Shown: positions 9,297 through 19,950, counted from the first letter of the stretch. The stretch is DNA of 64,000 nt from Candidatus Shapirobacteria bacterium (GCA_041659325.1 JBAZYN010000002.1:206082-270081); one strand, 5' to 3'. The notes: generated by a model not told the origin, from the sequence alone. Program-made: numbers and translations.

Positions 9297-10733
9297 TTAA
9301 TGGCAGTTGGCGGTAGCACTGGTCGAGATAATGCAAGTTGCTTTGTTGCCACCGCCGGTGACTGCTTTACAGGTACCGCAAGAGCCGCTATAACTAGCTG
9401 AGCTGCCAATATTAGATTTCACAGTGCAATCGTTGGAACATAGATATGTGCTTGTTCCGCAAGGAGTATTGGCGGCAGTACGACAGGTATACCCGAGGGA
9501 ACCAGAGGTACAGTTGCTGCTTGTCCAATAACATTTGGCACTGGTGCTGTAGTAATAACCATATACGTTTTCCCTTTCAAGAGTATTACTGCAGTTATAA
9601 TCCCATGGAGAGCTGGCCCCGACGCAGGCGGTACTGGCAGCGTAATAAGCGGTGACGCCGGTATTGAAGCTTTTGCCAACTCCAACAACATCACAACAAT
9701 CATCGCCGGAGGCGACATATCCGCCCGGGGCGGCACCGCAGCTGCCGACACTGGACGTACCAACACCATAACCATCGGTATCAGCGTCACGGTAGAAGGT
9801 GGTACAACCAGCACCGGAGGTACAGTTGCCATCGGTAGCAATACAGGCAGAGGTAATATATTTGCTACTGCCGACACTGACGGCGCTGGAACCGGCGCCG
9901 GTATTATCGGACCTGGTACTTCCAGTCCCGCTACAGGCACGATAATAAATGGTGCCGGAACAGGTGTAATCGGTGCAGCTATAACCGGTACCGGCACTGG
10001 TACCGATGTCGGGGATAATATCTACGGCGGTAGTACCGGCTGATTTACATACATAGCCATCGGCGACGTTGATAGTGCCGTTGGCGGTATCGCAGGCACC
10101 GGCATTGTCGCAGTTGCCACTGGGACCGGTGCGGATACATTTGTCGGCGGAACAGGTGGTGTAGGTGGCGGCACATTCGGTAAATAAATCTTCTGCGGCG
10201 GATTGGTTGGCGACGGCGCCGGTGACACATTTGTTGCAGGTGCCGGCGGGATTGGCCCCGGAAGGACAGGAGGTATTTGGGTCGGAATCGATAGTATCTG
10301 GATAGGAGATGCCGATTTTTGGAGTGACATTGGCCGGAGGGGTGAGGGCGACGACAGGGAGGGTGGAACCCGGATAGCCATCGTTGTCGGTATCGGATAG
10401 ATAAGGGCGGTATTTAAGGTATATTTTTTTGTCGGCGGAGAGGGTAAGAAAACAGTCGGTACAACCTCTTAGGTCAATGCTACCAACAACCAGGGTGCCG
10501 CCAATAACCAGGCTAGTATTGGTGCCGGTTAAGGTAAGAGTGGAGGAATTTGCTACCCCCTGAGCCCCATTATCAAGATAAAGGTTGGTGACATTGCAGC
10601 TACTACCATCAGTGGCGCTATAGGAAGTAGTGCCGGAGGTGCAGGCGGCAAAAATTGATGATGAAGAACTAAAAAAATAAACATTAATAATAATTAGTAT
10701 TGCAACGATGGATTTAGCGCATGGGGAAGTCAT
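9297..10733 (-). CDS. Secreted Cys/Thr/Gly-rich protein with DxDxDGY putative metal-binding modules
   Basis: Signal peptide, many Cys, DTDNDGYP and DADTDGYG..DDCCD motifs. Confidence 0.75.
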   Translation of the reverse strand: MTSPCAKSIVAILIIINVYFFSSSSSIFAACTSGTTSYSATDGSSCNVTNLYLDNGAQGVANSSTLTLTGTNTSLVIGGTLVVGSIDLRGCTDCFLTLSADKKIYLKYRPYLSDTDNDGYPGSTLPVVALTPPANVTPKIGISYPDTIDSDPNTSCPSGANPAGTCNKCVTGAVANQSAAEDLFTECAATYTTCSADKCIRTGPSGNCDNAGACDTANGTINVADGYVCKSAGTTAVDIIPDIGTSAGTGYSCTDYTCSGTIYYRACSGTGSTRSDNTGAGSSAVSVGSSKYITSACIATDGNCTSGAGCTTFYRDADTDGYGVGTSSVGSCGAAPGGYVASGDDCCDVVGVGKSFNTGVTAYYAASTACVGASSPWDYNCSNTLERENVYGYYYSTSAKCYWTSSNCTSGSLGYTCRTAANTPCGTSTYLCSNDCTVKSNIGSSASYSGSCGTCKAVTGGGNKATCIISTSATANCH

Positions 10734-11283
10734 ATTTTAGAAGTTGGTTTTGGCTGTCGAGAGCCTGGAAAACCATATAATAAGTATAATCGTAAGAATC
10801 AGTGATGATGGAATCACCCTGCCAAGTACCATCGGTTGGGGTGCCGGAGATGAGTTTTAGGTTTATGGCAGCTGTTTGCGTGGTGTCAGTGGTAAGTTCG
10901 TAAAAGGCTTTGGTAATGGGAAGGGCACTTTTTAGTTTGATAGTGACAGTTTGGCGACCGGCAATTTGGGGATCGTAGGGATCGATGGTTAGGTGATAGG
11001 GAATGGGACCGGTTTTTTTGGTACTTTGAACGGTAAATTCCTGATATCCGCGAAGGGTCGGTTTTGATGGTTTAAGGGTGGGGGTAGCTTTTGTTGGAGA
11101 AATTGAGGTATTTTGGGAATTATTTTTAAAGATGAGAGGAGTTTTTTTTCTGGACTTGAGATTGAGATTGTAGTAAAAGATGCCAAAAATCAGAAAGATG
11201 AGAAATACACAAATCAGGATAAGGAAAATAAGCTCGGTGTCTTTGGCGAGATAGTGACTATTTTGATGAGGTTGGTCAATCAT
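10714..11283 (-). CDS. Membrane-anchored hypothetical protein with a beta-rich (Ig-like) domain
   Basis: N-terminal TM; overlaps the next gene as in an operon. Confidence 0.7.
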   Translation of the reverse strand: MIDQPHQNSHYLAKDTELIFLILICVFLIFLIFGIFYYNLNLKSRKKTPLIFKNNSQNTSISPTKATPTLKPSKPTLRGYQEFTVQSTKKTGPIPYHLTIDPYDPQIAGRQTVTIKLKSALPITKAFYELTTDTTQTAAINLKLISGTPTDGTWQGDSIITDSYDYTYYMVFQALDSQNQLLKYDFPMR

Positions 11284-11358
11284 GTCGGTTGGCGGTGATT
11301 AAGTATTATTATTTGTGAGATTAATGTCAAGCGGGGTGGGTGGGGTGTATGCAGATAC

Positions 11359-14300
11359 CTAATTTATAATCCACCAGTTGACATCAATGTCTTTGTCGAG
11401 CTCTTGGTCGAGGCCAATAGTAAATGAGTCGGCTGATTTTGATTTTAGATAGATAACCTGGTTTCTGGTTGAACCAACCGGAGTCAGATAGACCATGGAG
11501 TTTGGAGTCAATTTGTTGTTGACGATGGTAAGCTCGGTTTTCCCGGCGGGGAGGGTGAGAGTGCCGGCGGCGGCATTGGAACTGATTTGGGCAGAGGAGG
11601 AGGCTTGAGGGGAAGCGGAGTCGGCTGCTATTATGGTAGCGCTTTCGGTGGCGATGCTGATTTTTTGGGTATCGATTTCTTTAGCGGTTAATTTTCCACT
11701 TATGCTGGCGTCTTGAGTGGCTAACATATTGGCAATTAATGACCCAGAGACAGTAGCATCTTTAGTAGTAATATTACCGGTGGCGGTGATGTTGCCACCA
11801 ACATTAAGTTGGCCGTTTACAGTGACTTCACCGGTATCAGAAATAACTAAAGTGTCTGCCAGAATGTGAACCGAGCCAATACCAGAGTGTTGAAGATAGA
11901 GAGCGGTATTGGCGGTGTCGATGTAGTTATCTTTGATAATGACATCACCGACGGAAAGAGTGCCGGTGATGAAAGCATTGGCTAATTGAGAATCACCATT
12001 GATGGCTAGTTTACCGCCGACGACTAAGTTGTCAGTTAGAGTCAGGCTGCCGGTTAACTTGGCAGAGTCGGAAGCAATATCGGTAATCCATTCTTTTGAC
12101 TCGGCTAAAAGCGGGGAAGGAGTAGCCTCAGGGGGGGCGGTGATTAATTTTTGGATTTCGGCTCTAAGAGAGGAGATTTTTTCGGTCATGAGGTCGCCAA
12201 AGGAGCCTTCGCGACCGACGATACTGTCGGCATAAAGAGTGCCGGTGATGGTGGCGTCTTTGACTTCCAGGTTGTCCGTCTTGATATTTTTGGAAATCAG
12301 AGAATCTATATAGCCGGTTTTGACTTCGATATTTTCGGTAGTGATGTTTAGTGCTTCTAAATCATCTACCTGAACCAGGGGAGAAACAATTTTGTCCCGG
12401 ATGGTGAGGTTGTCGGTGACAATGTCTTTGGCGGTGATGGCGCCGGTTTTGAGGTTGGCAATGGTGGCAGAGAAGAAATTGCCGATTTCTTTGACGACAT
12501 TGTTTTGAGAATCAGTGAGAGTATAAATACCATCGCCATTTAGGGATAGGTTGTGCTGATAGTCGGCGGGGTTGAGTGAGGTTTGGATATCGAGATTGTC
12601 AATTTCATCGGGAGAGTCGATGATATAGCCAACCTCATCGGATTGGCGGGTGTTGTCTTGGTCGACAAAATCCCATCTGGGGGCGGTAAAACGGTAGGAA
12701 ATTTTGGATGGGGAGGAAGAATAGATATAAATAGTTTTGTTGGCTTCATCAAGTTCGTACCAAACTTTAGAGCTGTCGGAAGGAGTTAAGAGAACGGTTA
12801 GCCGGCTGATATTTTCGGCCATGTTGGTGGTTTTGCTGAATAGCCAGAGGTCAGAGCCGACGGGCTGAGAGGTTAGTTTAAAACCACCCCGATAGCCGAC
12901 TTGCGGAACATATTGAGAGGTGTTGATGCTGCCGACAACTTCTTCTTTTTGACCGGGCATGGCCGTTAACCAGGTGGCATATTTTGAGCCATTGATAGTG
13001 TAGGGAGGATCGATAAGACCAACGGTGATTTTACCGGCGCCGTCCTGAACTATTAAGGTGCCGCCGACATTAAGAGTACTGTTGACGGTAAGGGAACTAC
13101 CAATGGTGACGTTTCCGGTCATACCGATATTGCCATTGGTGCTCAAAAAAATTGCACTCCTGTCCCAAACAACAGCGTTTGCGGTGCTGCCAACGCCGGT
13201 ATTGCCAACGTTTAAAAGAAGGCCGCCGGCAGCACCACCAATACTTTCAATCTTGGCGGCGGGATCGGAACTGCTGTGTTTCCAACCACCGCTATAAAAG
13301 GCCCCAAATTTGATAGACCCAAGGTTAGCTAAAGAGAGTGAGGAACTGTTGGCGTCGGCATTGTTTAAGTCCAGATAAAACATTGGGTACTCAGAGGCAG
13401 TAGAGTCATAATATTTTGGGGCGGACAAGATACCGGCGGTTCCGACGGTGAGGTTGCCGGTAATACCGATGCCGCCGGCAAAAATGTTGGTTCCCGTTCC
13501 ACTAATGTTTATGGTTCCATCTAAGGTAAGGTCTCCGGCCGCAGTTAGGTTTAAAACTTCATTAAATTGGGTAGAATAGTCGCTCGAAACTTTGAGAACG
13601 CTGGTTGCGCCGGTAGTGGTTGTGGTGTAAAAGCGGAAATCTTTGTCGATTAAGGTGTCGAAATGTAAAGCACTGGCACTTTGATATATCTGAGCATAAC
13701 CGGTGCTTTCATAGTTCTGAAGCTTTAAGAATTTATTAGAGTTGGCCGCACCAGTGAGGTGCACCAGTCCGCCGTAGATGTCTAATTTTGCCGTAGGATT
13801 GGTGGTGCCAATCCCCACATAACCGGTGTTGGTAATGGTTAGAGCCTGAGTATTGTTATTTATACCCAAGAAAGAGAGACCAGAGGAAGCGGCACTAATG
13901 TTGATATTGGTAAAGCCGGTATCGGTTAAGGTGCCTCCGAGACCAAGAATATTGCCGGTTAAATGGAGACCATTATCAGCCGCATAAGTAGTACCAGTAC
14001 TGGTATTGGTAATGGTAATAGAGGTACCGACCTGAGAAATACTGATACCAACTCCATTGATAAAGTTAACCTGAGAGAGAGAAGTAACGGGAGTAGTGTC
14101 ACCACTGTTGGTTTGGAGTCCCCAGTTTCGATAGTTATCATAAGTACCGGAATCAAAAGCCATACTCCCGAGGACTCTTCTGGTAACGACATTGGTAGTG
14201 GGATCAATGAAGAGAGCGGTAGTACCGGAACCGACAACAGTAGAAGCAGATAAAGTCAGAGTCCCACCTATACCGACATTACCGACAGTGGAGAGAGAAG

Positions 14301-17300
14301 TACCAATCCGTAAGTTACCAAAGGTAACCATGGCAGCAGTATCAATGTTCTGGGGTAAGGAGAGACCAATGGCACCGGTATTGGCAGAGACACTGATCTG
14401 ATTGGCAGTACCGGTTAACCAGGTAACACCAGTATTGATAATCTTGTTACCGTTGAGACCTAACCCGGAACCATAATCAACCGAGAGGACATTGTCAGAT
14501 GAGAGAGTCAGACCGACACCAGCGGCATAAGTGGTACCAATACCATCGATCCATTGAAGGCCTGTTTGGGTGGATGATAAGATTTGACCGGTAGTACCGG
14601 TAGAACCAGAAGCAAGAATAGTACCGGTAAGGTTGAGGCTACCGGTTAAGCTAACATCTCCGGCAGAGTAAATACCGCCAAACCCGACATTTAGGCCGTT
14701 TCTAACATAGAGATTATTACCGATATTGGCATTTTCAGAAGTATTTAGGTTGTTGGTAAGGATATTGCCGGCATTGATAGCGGGAGTATCTATACCGTTG
14801 ATATCGATAATTTCAATACCGGAAGTACCGTCGGCGATATAGGCATATTTTCCATGGACATAAGCTTTGTAAGCATTGCCGGGGGTGTCATAGGTAGTTA
14901 CCAGAGAAGGCGAAGCGGGATTGCTAATATCGATTATGTGCAGACCGGAGGTGCCGTCGGCAACATAAGCGTAACGGCCGGCAATAAAGACACCGTTGGC
15001 ATTTCCTGCAGTGTTATATGAGCCAACTTGAGCGGGGGAGGTGTTGTTTGAGATATCTACAACGAGTAATCCACTAGTGTTGGCGGCGATGTAAGCATAT
15101 TTACCATCAGCATAAATGTCTAATGCGGTAACACCGAGGGACAGGGTGCTAACAAGGGATGGAGAGGTGGAATTTGATATATTTAGAATATCCAGACCGG
15201 CGCTGCCGACGGCATAGGCGTAATTGTTTACTACAGAAACTCCGTTATATAGCCCCGGGTTGGTCACATATTCTCCCGTTTCGATGGGGCGGGCGGGGTT
15301 AGTAATATCAACAATTTGGAGGCCTTGCTTATAATCGGCGAGGTAGGCATATTTTCCGGAGATGTAAATATCTTTTGAAACACCTCCGGTTTTAACGGTA
15401 CCGCCGATACTGAGATTTTGAGGATCAGAGATATCGATAATCTGAAGATCAGTGTTTACCCCGTCGGCCAGATAGGCGTATTTTCCGGCGATGGCAATGG
15501 CGTTTGAGGGGAAACCGGCGGTGTTATAATCGTTAGTGATTACCGGGAAAGTGTTGTTGGAAATATCGAGGACAATCATTCCGGTGTAAGTGGAAACATA
15601 AGCATATTGGCCGGAAACGACGATATCATAGGCAGTTTCGCCGATAGAGAAGGTGGAGAGCGCTTCCGGAACACCGGAGATAGTTTGAAGGAAATTACCT
15701 CCGGAGAGAGTTAGTTTTGCACCCGGATTGGTTGTCCCTATCCCCACATACCCATTTTCTCTAATGGTCAGAGCCTGAGTATTGCTATTAACACCTAAGA
15801 TTGAGAGACCGGAGGAGCCACTACCAATGTTGATATTGGTAAAGCCAGCCTGATCAAGTGTGCCCCCCAGACCAATGGCATTAGTGTAGTTGGTTAAACC
15901 ATTAGAGAGAGTAAAGGCTCCGGTATTGGAATTAATACTTAAGACACCGGTATTGGTAATGGTTCTACCAATACCGGAACCGGAAAGAAGAATACCGGAA
16001 CCACCAGTCAGAGTAGTAATGAAGTCACCAGTGGAACCGATACCGACAAAAGAAGCAGCATGAAGACCATCGAGAACATCAGCATTAAGATTGGTAACCA
16101 GATTGGTACTCCCGACACTGACAAAGGTACCACCGACAGTCAGATTGGTAAGAGTGGCACTACCACTAACACCAATCCCACCATTAAAGGTCTGATAACC
16201 AGTCCAGACATTACTGGAACCAAGGTTAAGCTGGAAGTCAGCACCGGAGAGAGTGATACCATTACTGGCGGTATAGACAGTACCGGCCGGTAAAGCACCT
16301 TTGGTGATAATACCGGAACTGTCAATGTAGAGAACAGTACTGCCAACAGCAACATTGGTACCGGTGAGAGATAGAGTCCCACCGATACCGACATTACCGG
16401 AAACACCTAACCCGGAAGTGAAGTAACCATCGCCGACCACATGTAATTTGAAAAGAGGATCAGTGGTACCGATGCCGACGTCACCATTGCTATCTATTCT
16501 GATTCTGTAGTTTTCTCCTTGTTTAAGATCTATAACACCATAGCTTCCACTGGTAATATTACCTGTTCCTAATGTTAGAGCACCTGAATTACCAGAAGAT
16601 GATCCACCAGCGCCAGTAATAAGATTTACGTATCCGCCGTTGGCAGCAGAACCGGCTCGACCTGCTGTTATGGAAATGTGACCACCATTGCCGGCAGAAT
16701 AATCGACAGCACCGGCGAGGAGTTCGATATTTCCAATATCGCTTCTGCTCCCCCAGGCACCTGTGTTTTGGCCGTAAATATAGACATTACCACCAATAGT
16801 ATTACCGGTGTATGTTTGTTTACCGACATAGACATCTCCTCCATACCCAGCGCCACTTGTGTCGTATTGTCCTCCCTCCAGATAAATATTCCCGCCACGG
16901 AAGCCACTACCCCCTCCACGGGTTCCACCTCTGATATAAACCTCTCCTCCGTTGGCATTGCTAATTCCTGCACCACCAATAATATAGGCATCTCCGGCAT
17001 TGTTACCATCACTTTTCCCCCTCATGGTGACATCACCTGTTGACAGTGTATTTATGGACAGTTGTATTGTCCCGGCAGGATTAACTACTTCGAGTTTGTT
17101 GGTTGGAGCGGTGGTGCCAATGCCGACGTTACCACTAGAAGCGATATACAGACTTTGACTATTCCCCAGACCTAAAAATGACAAAGAGAAGGAAGAAGTA
17201 CCGATATTAGTATTTTGATCAAGAGTGCCACCTAGACCAATTCCGGTATTGCCAATAGCCTGGAGACCATTGGTGGCCATGTTAAAGAAACCGGTGCCAC

Positions 17301-19113
17301 CGATCTGGAGAAAACCAGCAGAAGAGATACCATCAAGATAATCAGCAGAAAGATTGGTAACAGTATTGGTGCTACCAACAGAGACAAAGGTACCACCGAC
17401 AGTCAAATTAGTGAGAGTGGTACTACCACTGACACCAATCCCACCATTAAAGGTCTGATAACCAGTCCAGACATTACTGGAACCAAGGTTAAGACGAAAA
17501 TCGTTTCCCGAAAGAGTGATCCCGGTGCTAGCGGTGTAGGCAACACCTTCAGGCAGGTCGATCCAGGTAGGAGTGTCGGCGCCATTGCTAGCAAGGATTT
17601 GGCCGGAGTTACCCACAGACGAATTGGCTAGTTTTGTACCATTTCCATAGATGATTGATCCATTGGTGGCGGCTAAGTTATCGAGTAAATTTAGTTGGGT
17701 AGCGGTGGCTGAGATGAGAGTGTTGCCGATTGATATATTGGTAGAACTGAGGGTAGCGCCAACATAGACATTTCCGGCGGCAGTAACTTCAAAGCGGGTA
17801 TGAAGCTCAGACGTGTCGCCGAGGCCGGTATTGTAATTTTGAAATTGAAGAAAGTTGTAGCCCCGAAGTTGGTTGCCCACCTGGCCACTGAATAAGTTTC
17901 CGGTGGCTAAATTGGCGTTGGTGGCATCGATGAAGCCGCCGATACCGGCAGGAGGAGTGGTGCCTTCTGTTAAAAATTGAATCACTCCGGCCCCATCGGG
18001 GTTGATGGTAATGTCGCCACCGCTGCCGTCGGTGGCCTTGATCAATACCCCCTGACCCTCGATGCCAAGTGAGCCGTTGGTGGCTTTGATAGTGGGGACA
18101 TAGGCGCCACTATCGCCAAGATTTAGGTTGCCCTGTTCGTCGAGGACGACCACGTTGTTGCGATAGGCGACACCGGAGGGACCAATGCCTAATCCCTGAA
18201 GTGTTTCTGAGTTTAAGGCGTAGGCGACAGTGGCGATTTGCTGACGGGGATCCATGACCTCATCGTCGGCGGTGATTTCTAGCCAAACGGCAGTGTGTTC
18301 AGAAAAAACGCTAGAGGGAATTTCTAAACCATGAGTTTTACCTATAATTACGGAAAATATACCGTTGGTATCGGGAGTAACTACTTGGCTAGCGCCGGTT
18401 TCAGAGGTGTAAAGTGAAGTGCCGACACCCAGGGTGGGGTCGTCAAAGAATTTGAAGACGATGCCAGTTTCGGAGCTAATCGGGTTGCCATCCTGGTCGG
18501 TTAGACGACCCTGAAAGGAAAATTGACGGGTGGGACTTTTGGGAGCGTTGGCGGTGGAATAGGCAAGTTGCCTTTTGGCTTTGAGAATGGTTTGTGAGTA
18601 GAGCCCATAGCCGAGGCCGGAGAGGATGATAAGAATTATGGAGACGAGAAGGTATTGGTTAAAAAGAGAAAAGCCTGGTCGTTTTACACCTGGTAAGGGA
18701 GTGGGTGGGTTAAGTAGGTTTTTGATATACTTTCTTATATTTGATTGAGGCGTGTTTTGAGATTTTAGGTAGTATTTGAAGCTCTCGACAAGCTTGGTTG
18801 GAGAAGGTCTCTGGTGTTTTTTTAGGGCGGACTTGAAAAAGTTTGAAGTAATCAGTTTTTGATCAAGGGCGAATTGGCAGAACTTGTTTAAGGATGCCAG
18901 GCGTCTGGCGGAATTGTTTTGAGTGGAAAGATAGGAGACGTATTGGCCAAAGGCAGCTTTGGAAAATATGTTGACAACTCTCTCCTCGGTGTAGGCGATA
19001 AATTTCCTGGTATCGACTAGATAATTACGAATCGTATTGGGATTGTAACTGCGCTTTTCAAGCCAGGAATGGAAGCTATTGAGCACAAGCTCAATATTTT
19101 GTCGATCACCCAT
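11359..19113 (-). CDS. 2584-aa protein: integrase SAM-like N-terminus, TM, GIGTT fibre-like repeats, LVIVD repeats, WWIIN C-terminal domain
   Basis: N-terminus F..WL...YNPNTIRNYLVD..RRLASL.KF. Repeated G(N/Y/D)VGIGTT(A/D/N)P. YAYLAD..GLQIVDITNP repeats. Confidence 0.85.
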   Translation of the reverse strand: MGDRQNIELVLNSFHSWLEKRSYNPNTIRNYLVDTRKFIAYTEERVVNIFSKAAFGQYVSYLSTQNNSARRLASLNKFCQFALDQKLITSNFFKSALKKHQRPSPTKLVESFKYYLKSQNTPQSNIRKYIKNLLNPPTPLPGVKRPGFSLFNQYLLVSIILIILSGLGYGLYSQTILKAKRQLAYSTANAPKSPTRQFSFQGRLTDQDGNPISSETGIVFKFFDDPTLGVGTSLYTSETGASQVVTPDTNGIFSVIIGKTHGLEIPSSVFSEHTAVWLEITADDEVMDPRQQIATVAYALNSETLQGLGIGPSGVAYRNNVVVLDEQGNLNLGDSGAYVPTIKATNGSLGIEGQGVLIKATDGSGGDITINPDGAGVIQFLTEGTTPPAGIGGFIDATNANLATGNLFSGQVGNQLRGYNFLQFQNYNTGLGDTSELHTRFEVTAAGNVYVGATLSSTNISIGNTLISATATQLNLLDNLAATNGSIIYGNGTKLANSSVGNSGQILASNGADTPTWIDLPEGVAYTASTGITLSGNDFRLNLGSSNVWTGYQTFNGGIGVSGSTTLTNLTVGGTFVSVGSTNTVTNLSADYLDGISSAGFLQIGGTGFFNMATNGLQAIGNTGIGLGGTLDQNTNIGTSSFSLSFLGLGNSQSLYIASSGNVGIGTTAPTNKLEVVNPAGTIQLSINTLSTGDVTMRGKSDGNNAGDAYIIGGAGISNANGGEVYIRGGTRGGGSGFRGGNIYLEGGQYDTSGAGYGGDVYVGKQTYTGNTIGGNVYIYGQNTGAWGSRSDIGNIELLAGAVDYSAGNGGHISITAGRAGSAANGGYVNLITGAGGSSSGNSGALTLGTGNITSGSYGVIDLKQGENYRIRIDSNGDVGIGTTDPLFKLHVVGDGYFTSGLGVSGNVGIGGTLSLTGTNVAVGSTVLYIDSSGIITKGALPAGTVYTASNGITLSGADFQLNLGSSNVWTGYQTFNGGIGVSGSATLTNLTVGGTFVSVGSTNLVTNLNADVLDGLHAASFVGIGSTGDFITTLTGGSGILLSGSGIGRTITNTGVLSINSNTGAFTLSNGLTNYTNAIGLGGTLDQAGFTNINIGSGSSGLSILGVNSNTQALTIRENGYVGIGTTNPGAKLTLSGGNFLQTISGVPEALSTFSIGETAYDIVVSGQYAYVSTYTGMIVLDISNNTFPVITNDYNTAGFPSNAIAIAGKYAYLADGVNTDLQIIDISDPQNLSIGGTVKTGGVSKDIYISGKYAYLADYKQGLQIVDITNPARPIETGEYVTNPGLYNGVSVVNNYAYAVGSAGLDILNISNSTSPSLVSTLSLGVTALDIYADGKYAYIAANTSGLLVVDISNNTSPAQVGSYNTAGNANGVFIAGRYAYVADGTSGLHIIDISNPASPSLVTTYDTPGNAYKAYVHGKYAYIADGTSGIEIIDINGIDTPAINAGNILTNNLNTSENANIGNNLYVRNGLNVGFGGIYSAGDVSLTGSLNLTGTILASGSTGTTGQILSSTQTGLQWIDGIGTTYAAGVGLTLSSDNVLSVDYGSGLGLNGNKIINTGVTWLTGTANQISVSANTGAIGLSLPQNIDTAAMVTFGNLRIGTSLSTVGNVGIGGTLTLSASTVVGSGTTALFIDPTTNVVTRRVLGSMAFDSGTYDNYRNWGLQTNSGDTTPVTSLSQVNFINGVGISISQVGTSITITNTSTGTTYAADNGLHLTGNILGLGGTLTDTGFTNINISAASSGLSFLGINNNTQALTITNTGYVGIGTTNPTAKLDIYGGLVHLTGAANSNKFLKLQNYESTGYAQIYQSASALHFDTLIDKDFRFYTTTTTGATSVLKVSSDYSTQFNEVLNLTAAGDLTLDGTINISGTGTNIFAGGIGITGNLTVGTAGILSAPKYYDSTASEYPMFYLDLNNADANSSSLSLANLGSIKFGAFYSGGWKHSSSDPAAKIESIGGAAGGLLLNVGNTGVGSTANAVVWDRSAIFLSTNGNIGMTGNVTIGSSLTVNSTLNVGGTLIVQDGAGKITVGLIDPPYTINGSKYATWLTAMPGQKEEVVGSINTSQYVPQVGYRGGFKLTSQPVGSDLWLFSKTTNMAENISRLTVLLTPSDSSKVWYELDEANKTIYIYSSSPSKISYRFTAPRWDFVDQDNTRQSDEVGYIIDSPDEIDNLDIQTSLNPADYQHNLSLNGDGIYTLTDSQNNVVKEIGNFFSATIANLKTGAITAKDIVTDNLTIRDKIVSPLVQVDDLEALNITTENIEVKTGYIDSLISKNIKTDNLEVKDATITGTLYADSIVGREGSFGDLMTEKISSLRAEIQKLITAPPEATPSPLLAESKEWITDIASDSAKLTGSLTLTDNLVVGGKLAINGDSQLANAFITGTLSVGDVIIKDNYIDTANTALYLQHSGIGSVHILADTLVISDTGEVTVNGQLNVGGNITATGNITTKDATVSGSLIANMLATQDASISGKLTAKEIDTQKISIATESATIIAADSASPQASSSAQISSNAAAGTLTLPAGKTELTIVNNKLTPNSMVYLTPVGSTRNQVIYLKSKSADSFTIGLDQELDKDIDVNWWIIN
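16169..17493. repeat. Internal duplication in the giant gene; 62-bp identical cores at 16169-16230 and 17432-17493 within about 200-bp similar blocks
   Basis: acaccaatcccaccattaaaggtctgataaccagtccagacattactggaaccaaggttaag occurs twice (LNLGSSNVWTGYQTFNGGIGV). Confidence 0.9.
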
Positions 19114-19115
19114 GA

Positions 19116-19271
19116 TTATTTCCAGAGCCAGATAAAGCTGGCAGCGATTATGAGAAAGGGGAATAACTTTTCGGCGATAATTACCAAAGGGCTTTGCGGG
19201 TGCGGTGATAAAGAATCAGGTATAAAATGGTATTTTTTATACGTTTTTAAGTGGCGTCTGATAGGGTACAT
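19116..19271 (-). CDS. Small 51-aa protein with a C-terminal hydrophobic tail (not in the ORF track)
   Basis: MYPIRRHLKTYKKYHF...LFPFLIIAASFIWLWK*. Stops 2 nt before the giant gene ATG; TTGACA upstream at 19306-19301. Confidence 0.5.
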   Translation of the reverse strand: MYPIRRHLKTYKKYHFIPDSLSPHPQSPLVIIAEKLFPFLIIAASFIWLWK

Positions 19272-19349
19272 AGAATAACTATCTACTATTAGAAAAAAGC
19301 TGTCAATAGTCGGTTTTTAGGGGAAAATGATACGTTATGATAGTATCTT

Positions 19350-19385
19350 GTAACTGGTAATTTGTAATCAGTAATCTGTAATCTG
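19350..19385. repeat. Intergenic GTAAT heptamer array
   Basis: gtaactg gtaattt gtaatca gtaatct gtaatct. Confidence 0.8.
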
Positions 19386-19950
19386 AATTTCACGGGGCGA
19401 CAATACACGAATAGAACTACTATCATTTAAAAACATATACAATCAAATACATAATAAAGTGGATAGGTGGAAAAATATTGAGATGCGGGGAAATGCGGAA
19501 TAGATATTCTGATATTAAAAGATAGTAATAAGACATACCAAACTTGTTTTTTATCTATTGGTTTGATGGGGTTGGTGAGAATAGTTTAAGGAGAGCCGGT
19601 GTGTGGCAAATAGTATCATCAGTATTGACGGTGGCGGTTTTGCGGAGATGAAGACATGATGTAGTAAAATAGACCAAGTGATGAAATTAGATGAATCTGA
19701 GAAAAATGTAACGCGAACTAACAGAATACATAGGGTTAGCTTATGTAATAGAGTGATATATAAAATTAATAATATGGTCAATCTGTCGTCGGGGTAAGGA
19801 AAACGGGAATAATCGGGTAAGGTGTTTATGCAAAATAACCCTAAGAAAAGACTAAACAAGGATAAATATTTTGTTGGCAGCTTAGAGTAAATATTGCCAA
19901 AAAGGTAATTTATAATATGATTTGTGGTAGATGTGATATGATATTTTTAT

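Noticed and set aside
18700-19113. Functional integrase or prophage
   Set aside because: Only the N-terminal binding domain is present; no catalytic residues and no phage genes nearby.
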